Part shown: positions 18,152 to 26,767 of the stretch, one piece after another
How positions within the stretch are numbered: the first letter of the stretch is position 1
How the letters are laid out: every line of letters begins with the position of its first letter
Assembly (NCBI GenBank): GCA_003281705.1
Contig: QCBF01000004.1
Location: forward strand, 1,344-65,343
DNA from: Prochlorococcus sp. AG-347-C10
Lineage (GTDB): Bacteria > Cyanobacteriota > Cyanobacteriia > PCC-6307 > Cyanobiaceae
Direction of reading: 5' to 3'
DNA: 64,000 nt
The notes under the pieces: generated by a model
Databases searched by the model: none
What the model saw: only the letters and a program-made list of their open reading frames with translations
Told to the model about the DNA's origin: nothing
Made by a program: the position numbers and the translations under genes

Positions 18152-18298
18152 TTAATTGCAACAAACCAAGCAATCTTCTTGATTTGGATAATCTATAAAT
18201 TCCTTATTTAAAGTTTCTTCTAACAAATTTACTTTCTTAACATAATCAAGATCTTTTAATTCTTTGTTATGAACCGTGAACTGAGTTTGTAGTTTCAT
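18152..18298 (-). CDS. 48-aa microprotein with degenerate CP12-like C-terminus
   Basis: ...LNKEFIDYPNQEDCLVCCN; RBS AGGAGA. Confidence 0.65.
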   Translation of the reverse strand: MKLQTQFTVHNKELKDLDYVKKVNLLEETLNKEFIDYPNQEDCLVCCN

Positions 18299-18313
18299 TT
18301 TCTATTCTCCTAA

Positions 18314-18415
18314 TTAATACTGTTTTTTGAATCCATTCCAAGTTTGAGAAAACCTTAATCCCAGATAAGAAATTAAAATTGTCCAAAATAAAATTTCTAT
18401 ACCTAAATTAGTCAT
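18314..18415 (-). CDS. 33-aa membrane microprotein
   Basis: MTNLGIEILFWTILISYLGLRFSQTWNGFKKQY; RBS AGGAGG. Confidence 0.65.
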   Translation of the reverse strand: MTNLGIEILFWTILISYLGLRFSQTWNGFKKQY

Positions 18416-18500
18416 TTGCTTGGCCTCCTTTCTATCTGATTATTCTTTAGTACGGGTATTAAGTAAAAATCAAGCGTAAGAATACCTAAAAGTTAAAGTT

Positions 18501-18653
18501 TTAATCACAAAAAATCCTGCAATGGTTATTACTCGGATGTTCTGAACATTCTTTATTCCAATCAGCCTCAATTTCTTTGCGCTTATCGTCATATGAAAGG
18601 TTTTTTTTATCCAAATTAATTTTTTGGATTGTAAATGTGTCATTTAGTGCCAT
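18501..18653 (-). CDS. 50-aa microprotein with CP12-like C-terminus
   Basis: ECSEHPSNNHCRIFCD fits CxxxPxxxxCxx[FY]xD; ATG 18653 follows AAGGGG. Confidence 0.7.
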   Translation of the reverse strand: MALNDTFTIQKINLDKKNLSYDDKRKEIEADWNKECSEHPSNNHCRIFCD

Positions 18654-18669
18654 AAGACTTACCCCTTGA

Positions 18670-18753
18670 CTACATTTATGTTCTAATTCATTTGAATGGT
18701 AAATTTCAAGTTGTATGTGTGCGGTTAGAGGAACAAAATTGTACGGATTAAGG
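18670..18753 (-). repeat. Duplicated promoter module, copy B
   Basis: Ungapped match to 4221-4304. Confidence 0.8.
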
Positions 18754-18890
18754 ATCAAAAAAAAATCTCAATTTATAAATAATTGTAAGAAAATATCTTC
18801 AAAAAATTTATTCCAAATTTAAAAAAATTTGTATAAATTTTGCTTGGAAATTATATTCTCTTAATACCTTCTTAGTTCTGCAAGGTGCTA

Positions 18891-19004
18891 TCATTCTTCT
18901 AATCTATCTGCATATTCTCTTAAAATCTCAGCCATCTTCTGACTTGGAATTTCTTGTTGATATTCTCTACATAAATTAAAAAATTTATCTAAGAAATCTT
19001 TCAT
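18891..19004 (-). CDS. 37-aa microprotein
   Basis: MKDFLDKFFNLCREYQQEIPSQKMAEILREYADRLEE. Confidence 0.7.
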   Translation of the reverse strand: MKDFLDKFFNLCREYQQEIPSQKMAEILREYADRLEE

Positions 19005-19021
19005 TGAAGAGGAAATAAAAA

Positions 19022-19117
19022 TTAGCGTTTCATTTTAAAAGTAAAGTATGCAAACCCACCAAGCAATAAAAGACTCACAACCCCATAAGTAATTGCTATG
19101 CCGTACATGTACGTCAT
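19022..19117 (-). CDS. 31-aa single-TM microprotein
   Basis: MTYMYGIAITYGVVSLLLLGGFAYFTFKMKR; ATGA overlap. Confidence 0.65.
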   Translation of the reverse strand: MTYMYGIAITYGVVSLLLLGGFAYFTFKMKR

Positions 19118-19254
19118 TTATTTATAAATACATAAGCAGAATATAAATAAACTAAGAAAACTCCAATAGCAACGAAACTTCCATAAATAAGAAAGTTCCA
19201 AAATCTATACAATTTAGGTTTTTTAAATTCTTTTTCTTCTTCTTTAGTAATCAT
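19114..19254 (-). CDS. 46-aa single-TM microprotein
   Basis: MITKEEEKEFKKPKLYRFWNFLIYGSFVAIGVFLVYLYSAYVFINK; ATGA overlap. Confidence 0.65.
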   Translation of the reverse strand: MITKEEEKEFKKPKLYRFWNFLIYGSFVAIGVFLVYLYSAYVFINK

Positions 19255-19367
19255 TTATTTTCTTTTTCTTTTCTGGCAGCATTACCTTTTGCTCTTAATA
19301 CTAAAGTTATCGTAAGGGCAGCGCTTAATATAACAGCATCAATTAATAGGTGCGGGGAAATATTCAT
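19251..19367 (-). CDS. 38-aa single-TM microprotein
   Basis: MNISPHLLIDAVILSAALTITLVLRAKGNAARKEKENK; TGATG overlap with a 19-aa ORF at 19367-19426. Confidence 0.65.
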   Translation of the reverse strand: MNISPHLLIDAVILSAALTITLVLRAKGNAARKEKENK

Positions 19368-19427
19368 CAGCTGAAAAGAGAAATAAGAAGAGTCATTATC
19401 TTTTCAGCAATAAATCTATTAAACATT

Positions 19428-19473
19428 AAAAAAGAGGGGTTTAGCCCTCTAAGTTTAGATCGACTGTCAATCA
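19428..19473 (-). repeat. ~47-bp island element, copy 5
   Basis: Minus strand TGATTGACAGTCGATC-TAAACT-T AGAGGG ctaaac CCCTCT TTTTT A ATG. Confidence 0.85.
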
Positions 19474-19519
19474 GTGTCTATTTTAGCTTTTTAGTTTCTC
19501 TTAAAAAAGAGTATTTTAT

Positions 19520-19675
19520 TTAGCCAGAGCAAGAGAAGGCACCTGCAAGAATATTTTTAAAAATTGGAGCTTGACCAAATGCATACAAAAAGAAAGTTGA
19601 TGATGCGAGAGTAATAGCTATTTTGGAAAGTCTATTAAGTTTTAAATTTGATACTTTTGAAAATGCAGAGTTCAT
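19520..19675 (-). CDS. 51-aa hypothetical protein
   Basis: MNSAFSKVSNLKLNRLSKIAITLASSTFFLYAFGQAPIFKNILAGAFSCSG. Confidence 0.55.
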   Translation of the reverse strand: MNSAFSKVSNLKLNRLSKIAITLASSTFFLYAFGQAPIFKNILAGAFSCSG

Positions 19676-19749
19676 TTTTCTATTGATGTACTTAATAATA
19701 TAATAGCTGAATAGTTAAAATATTCAGCATCAATATTTACCAAAGAATA

Positions 19750-19956
19750 ATTTTATTGCTCCTTTTTCTCAGCTTGCATTTTTACAAGTTCAAATTCTTT
19801 TTTTGAAACTATACTGATTTTGTATGCTGGATATCTTCTCTTCCACCATTTATTGATCGAAATAGCTAAGCCTTATAAATCTTGGGCACAAATTTTCACC
19901 AATAAAATCTTAGTTTCAACTTATTTATTGAATTCCCAACTTGTAGCTGAAGCCAT
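19750..19956 (-). pseudogene. Decayed small hypothetical gene
   Basis: MASATSWEFNK*VETKILLVKICAQDL*GLAISINKWWKRRYP..; two in-frame TAA codons. Confidence 0.55.
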
Positions 19957-20075
19957 TAAATTCGTTAATCAAATGTGAATGATGTTTTATTTTTTAAATA
20001 ATTTGCTATTGATTTAAATAAATGCTTTTTTCATTACCTTATCAAGATTCGATTATTTTCAAGTAACTAAAATTT

Positions 20076-21683
20076 TTAATTAATTTTTATGAGGTTAATA
20101 TCTTTAAATTCTTTCAAATTTATAAATTCAGTTCTTATTGAATCATTAAATTTTTTCAAATCTTTGTCATTTATAATTCCATAAATTGTCTTTATTTTAG
20201 AGATTTGCTCTTTTTTAATTAACTTGTACTTAGGGAGATAAAATTTCAATAAATTTAAATTTTTATCATCTAATTTTCCTATGATAAATATTTGATTATG
20301 ATTAATTATTTTTTTTATATCGGGCTGATAAATAAAATCTTTTATTTCATTATTTGGGTTTCCGATTATACCATTAATAAAAAGTATACTTAATATAAAA
20401 GTCTGGATAAAAAATATTGATAATATATTATTTATATTTAAAGATTTTAAATTAGTTTCATTTATTAGATTTAAAGATAGAATCAGTGATATTAATGATA
20501 AAAGGGATATTATAAATCCTTCAATTAAGTTAAATTGATTAAAGATTTTTAAATGAAAATTTAATATTGATACTAAAAATATTAAGGAATTTATTATCAA
20601 CATTAATCCTCCAAATATTCTTAATGTCAATTTTGATCCATTTGATTTTTTTTTAAATGCTTCATAAATTCCAAAAGAGGCATTTGATGCTAATAAGGGA
20701 ATAGTAAATAATCCATAATGTGAATATTTTGAAGCTGTTAACATCAGGAGAAAAATATTTATTAAAGGAGTAAAAACTAATAAAATTTGAATTTCTTTAG
20801 ATTTATTTTTTAGGATATATCTAGTCCCATTAATTAAAAAAATAAAGAAAGGTGTAGATAGTAAAATTAGATTCCTTGGATAAAATAAAAATCCTTCAAA
20901 AAATTTATTTTCAGTTAATGTTTTTCCCTGCAATAGCATATATGGCCTTATTAATGAATCAACTCCATATGTTTTGTATGATATATAGTAAAAAATAATT
21001 AGAGGTACTAAACCTACAAAAAATCCAATAATCAAATATTTAGTATTTTTATATTTTAGTTTTTTTATTTTGAAATAAATTAATGGAAATATACTGACTA
21101 AAGGTAGTAGTTGCAAATAACTTCTTACAAAAAATGGAAGCGAAAGAAATAAACCACTTAAAAATAGAAATATATTTTTATTTTTTTCTTTTAAAGAATT
21201 ACTTGTTTTTAGTAAAAATAAAATACCTAATAAGTTAAAAAAAATATAAAGTGTATCAGGACTACAATATTTACCGTAACTGAACCAAAGAAATGATGAA
21301 GATAATGTAAATATTGATATTAATCCAATTCCTAAACTACTTATATTTTTAATTATTTTGAATAATACAAGTGAAGAAAGTATTGAGAAAATATAACTTG
21401 GTAATCTTGCTGAAAATTCACTGATTCCAAATATCTTAAAACTCAATGCAATTAACCAATATGAACCAATAGTTTTATGATGAGCCTTTTCAAAAGGTGT
21501 GAACCAATTATTAGAATCTATTATTAATTTTGCTCGATTAGCATAAAGAGACTCATCGTGTGCTACCAAACTGTGATTTTCGATAAAAAATATTGAACAA
21601 AAAGAAATTAAAAGAAGAATAGATATTAAAAAAAACAAAAGCTTTTTATTGATAATTAAATTTTCTTCTTTTAGGCTCATCAT
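20076..21683 (-). CDS. ArnT/PMT-family (GT-C) membrane glycosyltransferase
   Basis: DESLYA, WLIALSFKIFGISEFSARLPS, many TM helices. Confidence 0.88.
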   Translation of the reverse strand: MMSLKEENLIINKKLLFFLISILLLISFCSIFFIENHSLVAHDESLYANRAKLIIDSNNWFTPFEKAHHKTIGSYWLIALSFKIFGISEFSARLPSYIFSILSSLVLFKIIKNISSLGIGLISIFTLSSSFLWFSYGKYCSPDTLYIFFNLLGILFLLKTSNSLKEKNKNIFLFLSGLFLSLPFFVRSYLQLLPLVSIFPLIYFKIKKLKYKNTKYLIIGFFVGLVPLIIFYYISYKTYGVDSLIRPYMLLQGKTLTENKFFEGFLFYPRNLILLSTPFFIFLINGTRYILKNKSKEIQILLVFTPLINIFLLMLTASKYSHYGLFTIPLLASNASFGIYEAFKKKSNGSKLTLRIFGGLMLIINSLIFLVSILNFHLKIFNQFNLIEGFIISLLSLISLILSLNLINETNLKSLNINNILSIFFIQTFILSILFINGIIGNPNNEIKDFIYQPDIKKIINHNQIFIIGKLDDKNLNLLKFYLPKYKLIKKEQISKIKTIYGIINDKDLKKFNDSIRTEFINLKEFKDINLIKIN

Positions 21684-21794
21684 TATTTATAAAAAAAAAT
21701 TTATTATCCAATAATTTTTTTTATTAAAGGAAGCTAAAGCTAAATACATTTTTTTAAAGAGTAACTTCCATAAAAAGAAATATCTAATGGAAGA

Positions 21795-21815
21795 AGGGGT
21801 CTTAAATTGACCCCT
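21795..21815 (-). terminator. Hairpin, possible terminator of 21896-22105
   Basis: AGGGGTC-N7-GACCCCT nested inside TGGAAGA/TCTTCCA; weak U-tract. Confidence 0.45.
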
Positions 21816-21895
21816 CTCGGTGAAACTCTTCCAAAGAAACACCATTAAAAGTTTACTCTGAAAGATGCAAATTTAAAAAAATTAAGATTAGCAAT

Positions 21896-22105
21896 TTATG
21901 CGGCCTTTTTAAAAGGGTTCATATTCCTTAAAAAGTTATTACTTTTGCGAGTACTCATTTTTCTATATCTTTGATTTATATCCAGGATATATTTTCTAGC
22001 TTTCTTATCATTTTCAATTTTATTTTTTCGAAGACGTAATGCCCTTAAATCTTCTATTGACATAAGGCCATCATCTTCGTTGGGATTTAAATGTTCAAAT
22101 TGCAT
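21896..22105 (-). CDS. Basic 69-aa hypothetical protein
   Basis: ORF track. Confidence 0.65.
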   Translation of the reverse strand: MQFEHLNPNEDDGLMSIEDLRALRLRKNKIENDKKARKYILDINQRYRKMSTRKSNNFLRNMNPFKKAA

Positions 22106-22884
22106 TAGTCTAAGAAATTAATTATCTTCTTTAAGTGCAAGATTAACAACCTCATCTTTATTTGCAATAGAGATAATTAACTAACTTAACTCAAATAAGT
22201 TAGTTAAATGTCAAGATAGCTATGCATTTAAAAAATAAAAACTTCAAATAAAAAACTTTCTAAAATAAAGAAAAACTTTTGATTGAATTTGATGGAACTT
22301 CTACGGATGCAAATGATTCGCCTGATTTTATTAGTAACCAGTTAAAGAAGTTAACTAAAGCATTCTCCGAGGATTTAGCAACTAGCTTAAATTATCTCAT
22401 GATTTTTGTAATAAGAATATACAAAATTAATTTTTCAAGCAATCAAGATATTTATCTTATAAAGCATAGATTTTTATTGGAAGAGGAAATTTCCACTCTC
22501 AGGCTTTAGGCAGCGGACTAAATCCTCGTGGAGTATTGGACTTTAGCCCGCTATATTTTTTTAGCAAAAGAAAAATGACAATGCAACTTAACTAGATCAC
22601 CAATTATTATATTTAATTCTGAGAAAGCTTTTATTTATTAATTGATCAAGAGCATCTGAAGATATCTTTGTGTTGTTTATTGTATAAATATGCTACAAAA
22701 ATTATTTTATATCAATGGATTCAGTATTTTTGCTTATTGATATATTCATTCTTTGAATAATATTATTAACCCCTAAAGAAGGTTTAATTTTGAAAAAAAT
22801 AATTAATTTTTTTAAACTACTTAAGAGAAGAATTAATATTCTCAAAGCAGAGGCTGAATTGAAATTTATATTGGAAAATAAATA

Positions 22885-23031
22885 ATGGAATCCCCTCATT
22901 GTCCTATTTGTGTAGTTCTAGCATTTGTTTCAATTTTGATGGGATTTACTCGTAGTTATATGTCCTATATTATTTTTAGGGAGTTTGTGAGAGCAGAATC
23001 TAATTTTAAATTGAAGTTTATTTTCTATTAA
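22885..23031 (+). CDS. 48-aa CxxC membrane microprotein
   Basis: MESPHCPICVVLAFVSILMGF... Confidence 0.5.
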   Translation: MESPHCPICVVLAFVSILMGFTRSYMSYIIFREFVRAESNFKLKFIFY

Positions 23032-23068
23032 TTGTTGACATCTAAGTATAAATACTTTATAAATAGAT

Positions 23069-23084
23069 TGTAGTTAATACTACA
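23069..23084 (+). promoter_or_regulatory. NtcA box in repressor position
   Basis: TGTA-GTTAATAC-TACA just downstream of TTGACA (23035)-17-TATAAA (23058). Confidence 0.75.
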
Positions 23085-23086
23085 AA

Positions 23087-23150
23087 ATCGTCCGATCTAC
23101 CATCTGATAGACCGCAGTACGACTCAGGCCATAGGACGGGGACTTGAGCA
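23087..23150 (+). ncRNA. Glutamine-II riboswitch (Downstream-peptide motif)
   Basis: CGTCC (23089-93) pairs GGACG (23134-38); CGCAG..CGA; CTCAGG pairs CTTGAG; precedes a YRG peptide. Confidence 0.85.
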
Positions 23151-23167
23151 AGTTAAGGAGCTGCATC

Positions 23168-23269
23168 ATGGTAAACATGTATTTCAATGGAAAGTCATTC
23201 GTATATTGTAGAAAACAAGAAGAAAAAATTATAAAGTTTACTTATAGAGGATCTGTTTACTTAAAATAA
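23168..23269 (+). CDS. DUF4278-like peptide, 33 aa
   Basis: MVNMYFNGKSFVYCRKQEEKIIKFTYRGSVYLK; RBS AAGGAG; TYRGxxY motif. Confidence 0.85.
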   Translation: MVNMYFNGKSFVYCRKQEEKIIKFTYRGSVYLK

Positions 23270-23747
23270 GATTTATAAATTCTTTTTTAAAACAGTTTAG
23301 ACAATTGTTGAAGTTTTTGAACTCAGTATTTATTAATACGTTATAAGAAAAACTTATTGTAAAGATATTTTTTCCCTATTTAAAAATTCATATATTCGTA
23401 TATTTAGTAACGAGAAATTAATTTCAAAAAAATTAATTTGTAATTGGATTTTTAAAATGTTATGCAACCTATTTCTGAAGAACTTTACAAAAAAATAGTT
23501 GAGAGTTCTAAAAAATGAGTAAGTTGCTAATTGCTTTATTGGCTTTAGATATAGGCGTTAGTCTGTCTAAGGTTTTTATTTTTACCTGAAAATCAAATTA
23601 TTAGCAAAAAAAGAAGCAATTGTTTCTAAAACAATAAATAGTTATTGATATTCTTTATTTGATCTATTTATTTTATAAAATAAAAAATTAAACCAACAAA
23701 AGAACTTCCTAAAAGTATTAGCACCATTAAAAGGGCTATTAACTTTG

Positions 23748-24134
23748 CTAATCCCATAAAGATAAATCCGAATTTCCTGTAGATCTTTGCATCCAGTGAA
23801 TTTTCCAAACATTATTTACTTTTTTAAAAATTGACGAAACTGTTGGCAAGTCATCATTAGGTGTCCCTTTATAAGTAAATTTTGAACCTAGTGTAAAAAT
23901 GCACATTACTATATTTTCGCTTAAAAATTCGAATCGGTGAATTTTAGTTATTTCTGCCTTTTCTTGAACTATTTCACCAGTAATCATTTGTTCGAATCCT
24001 TTTGCATTTATAGGATTACCGCTAGGTCTTATGAATAAAAATTCTGGAGTCGCATTGTCAACAAAAAATAAAGCCATTTTTTTGGGATTAGCAAACTCAT
24101 TTAATAATGAAATTATTTTTTCTTTGTCATTCAT
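23748..24134 (-). CDS. DUF3804-family (NTF2/SnoaL-like) protein
   Basis: FIRPSGNP, FTYKGTPNDD, WMQRSTG. Confidence 0.8.
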   Translation of the reverse strand: MNDKEKIISLLNEFANPKKMALFFVDNATPEFLFIRPSGNPINAKGFEQMITGEIVQEKAEITKIHRFEFLSENIVMCIFTLGSKFTYKGTPNDDLPTVSSIFKKVNNVWKIHWMQRSTGNSDLSLWD

Positions 24135-24468
24135 ATAAAATAATTTACGTAACCCTACTAGTCTAGATCTATTGTTTTAAATGTACAAATCGAAATATGA
24201 TAATTCTAAAAAAAGTTCGTTAACATGTTCAAAAGAAATATATTGTCAATGTAAATCATGATCAATTCACCAAACAAATTATTGCCCTTTGGCAAAAAGG
24301 TCAAAAAATATTTGCCTTTCTTTATTGGATTTAAATTACTTACATTTACTGGCTTTCTTACTTATTTAATGAATCGCTAATTGATATAACCTTAATAATA
24401 AAGTTTAACTAAATTTGGTTCTAGTGAATAAAGAAGAACGAACTAAAGTATTTAAATCTATGTAAAGT

Positions 24469-24609
24469 ATGCAAATACAAGAATTGATATTAAAGAAGAT
24501 GAAAGAAAGAGGCATAGAAGTAGGAAGTGGAATTCCTAATAAAAAAAACGATAGCAAAGAGGTTTATGAATTAATTCATATTGCTAATTGCTTCCCAGAA
24601 TTAAGATAA
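24469..24609 (+). CDS. 46-aa hypothetical protein
   Basis: MQIQELILKKMKERGIEVGSGIP...YELIHIANCFPELR. Confidence 0.45.
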   Translation: MQIQELILKKMKERGIEVGSGIPNKKNDSKEVYELIHIANCFPELR

Positions 24610-24645
24610 GGTAAAAAAATATTTAAGTTTCTTCAATTAATTTGT

Positions 24646-25026
24646 TTATTTTGGTTCCCTTATTGCAGCAATAATTAATCCACCTATCAATCCGAGATTA
24701 ATAAATACTGCTCTTTGATGGAAAGGAAATAAATGAAAAATTATTGTTGTTGGAATTAGAAATAGTAATAAAAAGATTGAACCGATTTTTTGTTTTTCTC
24801 CAAATATAAAAAATCCAGAACCCAAGATAAGACATATAATGGCTCCCACTAGAAGAATAGATGAAATTGGTTCAGGAATACCTTTTGAAGAAATATATTC
24901 AACTGTTCTTTCAAAATCATTTATTTTGCCTGGTATGGCGGAGATAAATATTGCTGAAATTGATAATCTTGAAAAAAAATCTAAAAAAGATTTGATACTT
25001 TTATTTTTCAAAAAACAATTTTTCAT
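24646..25026 (-). CDS. DoxX/SURF4-family membrane protein
   Basis: RLSISAIFI, PTTIIFH, NLGLIGGL. Confidence 0.85.
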   Translation of the reverse strand: MKNCFLKNKSIKSFLDFFSRLSISAIFISAIPGKINDFERTVEYISSKGIPEPISSILLVGAIICLILGSGFFIFGEKQKIGSIFLLLFLIPTTIIFHLFPFHQRAVFINLGLIGGLIIAAIREPK

Positions 25027-25222
25027 AATCTTATTATAAGAAAAAAATTTTTAGCGTTTGATAAATACTTAATTAGTCCGAAATACTTTTAAAGTTTTAT
25101 CAAAGAGGTTTAGCTCAATTAATAGAAATCTTTTTAATTAATGTTAATCTTTTTAAGGTAATTACTAGTAATTTATGAATTGTCTTTTTATATTTATGAG
25201 ATGATAAATTAAAATAAAAATT

Positions 25223-25675
25223 TTGAAAAAATTTATTTTGACTTCTGTTTTATTTTTAAGTAGCCTCATAACTATATATCCTTCAAAAAAAGAAAATACT
25301 AATTTTTTCGATTATTGTTATTCTCTAGAAAAAATAATTTCAAGAAATACATTAGAAAAAAGTAAGAATTTATCGAAGAATTTTAAGCCTTTAGCAAAAG
25401 ATATTACTCTTTTTGGCACTAAAAAAACTAAAGGTAATTTCGCTAATAAGATAATTGATCAATATAAAAATTCCAAAAAATTATTTATTATAACTTTTGT
25501 TCCAAACCAAATTTATTGTTTAGCAGGATATTGGGTTGAGGTTTTAATTCCAGGAAAATTCGAATCTATCTTCTATGAGAAAACCAAACAAAAAATAAAT
25601 GAATATAAGAATATTAAAAAAGAAGTAGATGAATTTATTAAAGAAATTAATTTAGAATATAAATCTATTAAATAA
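25223..25675 (+). CDS. Hypothetical exported protein
   Basis: ORF track; hydrophobic N-terminus; YCLAGYW motif. Confidence 0.65.
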   Translation: MKKFILTSVLFLSSLITIYPSKKENTNFFDYCYSLEKIISRNTLEKSKNLSKNFKPLAKDITLFGTKKTKGNFANKIIDQYKNSKKLFIITFVPNQIYCLAGYWVEVLIPGKFESIFYEKTKQKINEYKNIKKEVDEFIKEINLEYKSIK

Positions 25676-25892
25676 ATAAATAAATGATATTTTTAGAAAA
25701 TCAAAATCTTTTTTCTTAAAAAAAAAGAAAGTTATTTTTGTTGGTAAATTTCATAAAGTATGTTTTTAAATCATTTTATTTGCTTTAATTAAGAAAAAAA
25801 TATCAGATGATACATTTAAATTAGAACTTTAAAAAAAAACTCACGAATATCATTTAATTAATTTTATTATTATTCTATTAATGTTTAATACT

Positions 25893-26036
25893 ATGAACAT
25901 CTACTTATTCTGGATATTATTCTTAGCTTTGTTGGCAATAGTCCCTTTAATGATTATTAAAGGTAGAGTAGACGAAACGCCTAAGATTCAGACCGCACCA
26001 AAAGTTAAAGCAAAGAAAAAAGGTTGGTTCAACTAA
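25893..26036 (+). CDS. 47-aa single-TM microprotein
   Basis: MNIYLFWILFLALLAIVPLMIIKGRVDETPKIQTAPKVKAKKKGWFN. Confidence 0.6.
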   Translation: MNIYLFWILFLALLAIVPLMIIKGRVDETPKIQTAPKVKAKKKGWFN

Positions 26037-26120
26037 GGTAATTTTTGATTTAGAAAAAAAATCTGAAAGGTAAATCTTGATTATTTAAATTAAAGTCTAA
26101 GTAAAATTTACTTATTAAAA

Positions 26121-26705
26121 GTGGAAAAATTAGAAAAAAATTTTTCTATTTGGTGGTACTTGGAGGTAGAGCAAAAAAAGCTAATATTGAACTACATGAT
26201 GTTAGATGGTTTGTTTGATCTAAAATTGAGGATACATTCGATACTTTAAGAAATGATTGGTTTGGATCTTCCAAAGATTTGCATATTGATAGCTATAAGA
26301 AAATACAATATGTAGATGGTTATAAGATTAATTTAATAAATTTTGAAAAGGATAATATAAAAAAAAGCAACTCTTAAAAAATATAAGACAAAAAAAAATT
26401 TATGGTTTATTAATATTGGAGGCTATGATCCAAGTTGTATGCAAGAAAAACATGAATTTGGTTTAGTTGTATCTTCAAGCAAATTAGAGGCAAAAAATAT
26501 AGCTAAATCTAAATGGCTTATTGGTTGTAAAAAGAAACATACAGATGATATTGCTTCTCTAGAAATGTTATTTAGTTTTGATGATTGTCAACTTATAAAA
26601 AAGATAGGAAATTGGGAAATAGAAATAACTCTAGAAAATAATTTAATTGAAGAAACTAATCATCCTGATTGGTATGGTTATAAAAAAATAGATGTAGAGA
26701 TCTAA
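26121..26705 (+). pseudogene. DUF1543-family pseudogene
   Basis: LVVLGGRAKKANIELHDVRW then TGA and frameshifts; LWFINIGGYDP..EKHEFGLVV resumes downstream. Confidence 0.8.
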
Positions 26706-26767
26706 TAATCTTATACCTCAAAAGAAATTTTCAAATTAATTATATTGAAATTCATGTTCCTAAAATT

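Noticed and set aside
18654-18758. N-terminal extension of the 85-aa ORF
   Set aside because: Overlaps the duplicated promoter module; ATG 18653 has an RBS
22279-22899. ORFs 22279-22509 (+) and 22702-22899 (-)
   Set aside because: Low-complexity translations with no motifs; likely spurious or decayed
24135-24180. Sixth copy of the ~47-bp element before DUF3804
   Set aside because: Only GATC-TAGACT..AGGG remains; the hairpin and palindrome are missing, so it is too degenerate to call
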